From the NCBI GenBank assembly GCA_965112155.1, contig OZ218100.1: DNA of 64,000 bases; one strand, given 5' to 3'. Position 1 is the first letter of the stretch. Each line of letters starts with the position of its first letter. Positions 62,252-64,000 of this stretch are shown piece after piece. The notes beneath the pieces were generated by a model that was not told where the DNA came from, made no database searches, and saw nothing but the letters and a program-made list of their open reading frames with translations. Position numbers and translations under genes: made by a program. This DNA comes from Podarcis liolepis (taxonomy: Eukaryota).

Positions 62252-62482
62252 TGCTTTCGGCTTCTTGTTACTGGAACAGAGCAGGATCTCAGTGTTTGAG
62301 TTCCTATAAATACTGTTGAGGGGTGTGGTGTATAGCCTCCGACGTTCTGGGCAGAGAGGAAGTTCCCAGGTTAGTGTGCCTTTTCTTCTTTTGTTCCTTA
62401 ATTACTTGAGGGATATCTTGAGTGATTTCTTGAGTGATATTCTGAGTACCACTTAGGAGGGTCATTAAGTGTGGATTAGTTG

Positions 62483-63710
62483 CTAAAGCTTTCGTGTCTT
62501 GACCTCTTGAGCTTGTGAAGAGTTTTTCTGAGAAGATGGCTGTACTGCACTTAGTTGTGCTCTGGCTTGGCTTCGTGTATAGGGGCGAGCTGTGGTTTTG
62601 TGCCCTGTGCCAGCCAGATCTGTGTAGGGATTGCAGGGGGGTGCAGCATCCGGAGGTGCCACTATGGTTTGGCTACTGGATGGTGTCTGTAATTTATCTG
62701 TGGAGAGGGTCTGGGTTTGGGTCTGGTGTGGTTGATTGGTGATGGCGTTCTGTGTGCCTCTGGTTCTGGTGTCGGTTTTTGTGGGGAGGGCTAATTTCCA
62801 GATGTCTGGCAGGCGGGACGTGTCGTCACGCTTGTTCATGTTGTGAGGGTGTTTCTCTATCTCGATGGCTTCCATGATTATTCTCTTGTGGTGATGTTCC
62901 ATGTTAAAGAGCAATTTGGAATCTGCAAAATTAATTTCGTGTCCTGTTTCTTTCATGTGTTGGAAAAGAGAGGAAGTTTTTTCTTCTTTTTTGACGGCAT
63001 TCTTGTGTTCTGCGATACGTGCATTTATTCGTCTGTTTGTTTGTCCAATGTACGTGGCTGGGCAGACTTTGCAGGGTATTTCATAGACCCCTTGGTTTTC
63101 CAACTGGATTTTATCTTTGGGGTTTCTGAGGATATTGGCTATTTTTTGGTTGGTGCAAAAGGCTGTTTTGATATTGTGTTTATGGAGGATTTTGCTAATT
63201 TTATCTGTAGTGCCCTTGATATAAGGAAGGAGGGCCATGCCATTGTTTTCTTCTGTGTCTTGGTTTTTGGGGGGTGTTTCTTTTTGGATTAGCTTCGTAA
63301 CCCTGTTTTGCTGGTATCCATTGGCGATTAACACATTTGAGAGATTCTGTAACTCAGTTGTCAAGTGGTCTTTGTCAGCCAGGCGTTTGGTTCTGGAGAT
63401 GAGAGTCTTGGCTACGGAGTTTATTTGTGCAGGGTGGTGGTGTGATTGTGCATGTAAGTAGCGGTTGGTGTGTGTTTTTTTCCGGTAGATAGTGTGTCCT
63501 AGGGAGCCATCAGGTTTTTTGTAGATTAGGACGTCAAGGAAGGGAAGTTGGTTGTTGGCTTCTATTTCCATAGTGAATTGTATTTTGGGGTGTAGGCTGT
63601 TGAGATGTGTGAGGAAGCTATCTAGTTTTTCTTTCCCGTGTGGCCAAATTACAAAGGTGTCGTCAACATATCTGAGCCAAAGTTTGAGTTTGTGTTCTGA
63701 CTTGTCTAAA
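62483..63710 (-). CDS. Penelope RT (from just before YVDD) + GIY-YIG endonuclease, N-terminally truncated
   Basis: WLRYVDDTFVIW, IQFTMEIE...LPFLDVLI, YRKKTHTNRYL...SHHH, LPYIKG, GVYEIPCKVCPATYIGQTNR.I..RI.EHK, EAIEI. Frame uninterrupted. Confidence 0.93.
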
Positions 63711-64000
63711 GAAAACATTGGACAAACAAACAGACGAATAAATGCACGTATCGCAGAACACAAGAATGCCGTCAAAAAAGAAGAAAAAACTTCCTCTCTT
63801 TTCCAACACATGAAAGAAACAGGACACGAAATTAATTTTGCAGATTCCAAATTGCTCTTTAACATGGAACATCACCACAAGAGAATAATCATGGAAGCCA
63901 TCGAGATAGAGAAACACCCTCACAACATGAACAAGCGTGACGACACGTCCCGCCTGCCAGACATCTGGAAATTAGCCCTCCCCACAAAAACCGACACCAG

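Larger units (their letters stand above)
62159..64000 (-). mobile_element. Penelope-like element (Poseidon-type), 5'-truncated with an inverted 5' segment running off the window
   Basis: Minus-strand RT C-half plus GIY-YIG, and a hammerhead motif in the 3' region. 63715-64000 is an inverted copy of 62766-63051. Confidence 0.93.

Noticed and set aside
62515-63923. Additional ORFs overlapping the Penelope ORF
   Set aside because: Antisense shadows, duplicated because of the inversion.

Overview
Vertebrate, almost certainly squamate (lizard-type) genomic DNA, judged from Sauria SINEs, Bov-B and squamate MITEs. It is AT-rich, dense in repeats, and contains no host protein-coding gene I can support. 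Two young retroelement families dominate. (1) A full-length, intact non-LTR retrotransposon (RTEX-like, APE+RT+CCHC) at 102-5814 with a perfect 13-bp TSD. Its ORF1 and ORF2 lie in the same frame, separated by a single TGA followed by CTA, and ORF2 has no ATG ahead of the first endonuclease motif. This is the best candidate for an undescribed mechanism: programmed stop-codon readthrough giving a 1661-aa ORF1-ORF2 fusion. (2) A Penelope-like (Poseidon-type RT+GIY-YIG) family carrying a minimal hammerhead ribozyme. It appears as a 5'-truncated, 5'-inverted copy at 62159-64000 and as a tiny head-to-head palindrome of two ribozyme-bearing 3' ends at 6181-6475; every visible 3' end is joined to a (TA)n microsatellite. 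The rest consists of Sauria and tRNA/CORE SINEs, Bov-B/RTE/L1/L2/CR1/Gypsy relics, hAT and Tc1/mariner MITEs, DIRS/Ngaro-like deletion derivatives and microsatellites. All calls are by eye; no database search was run.
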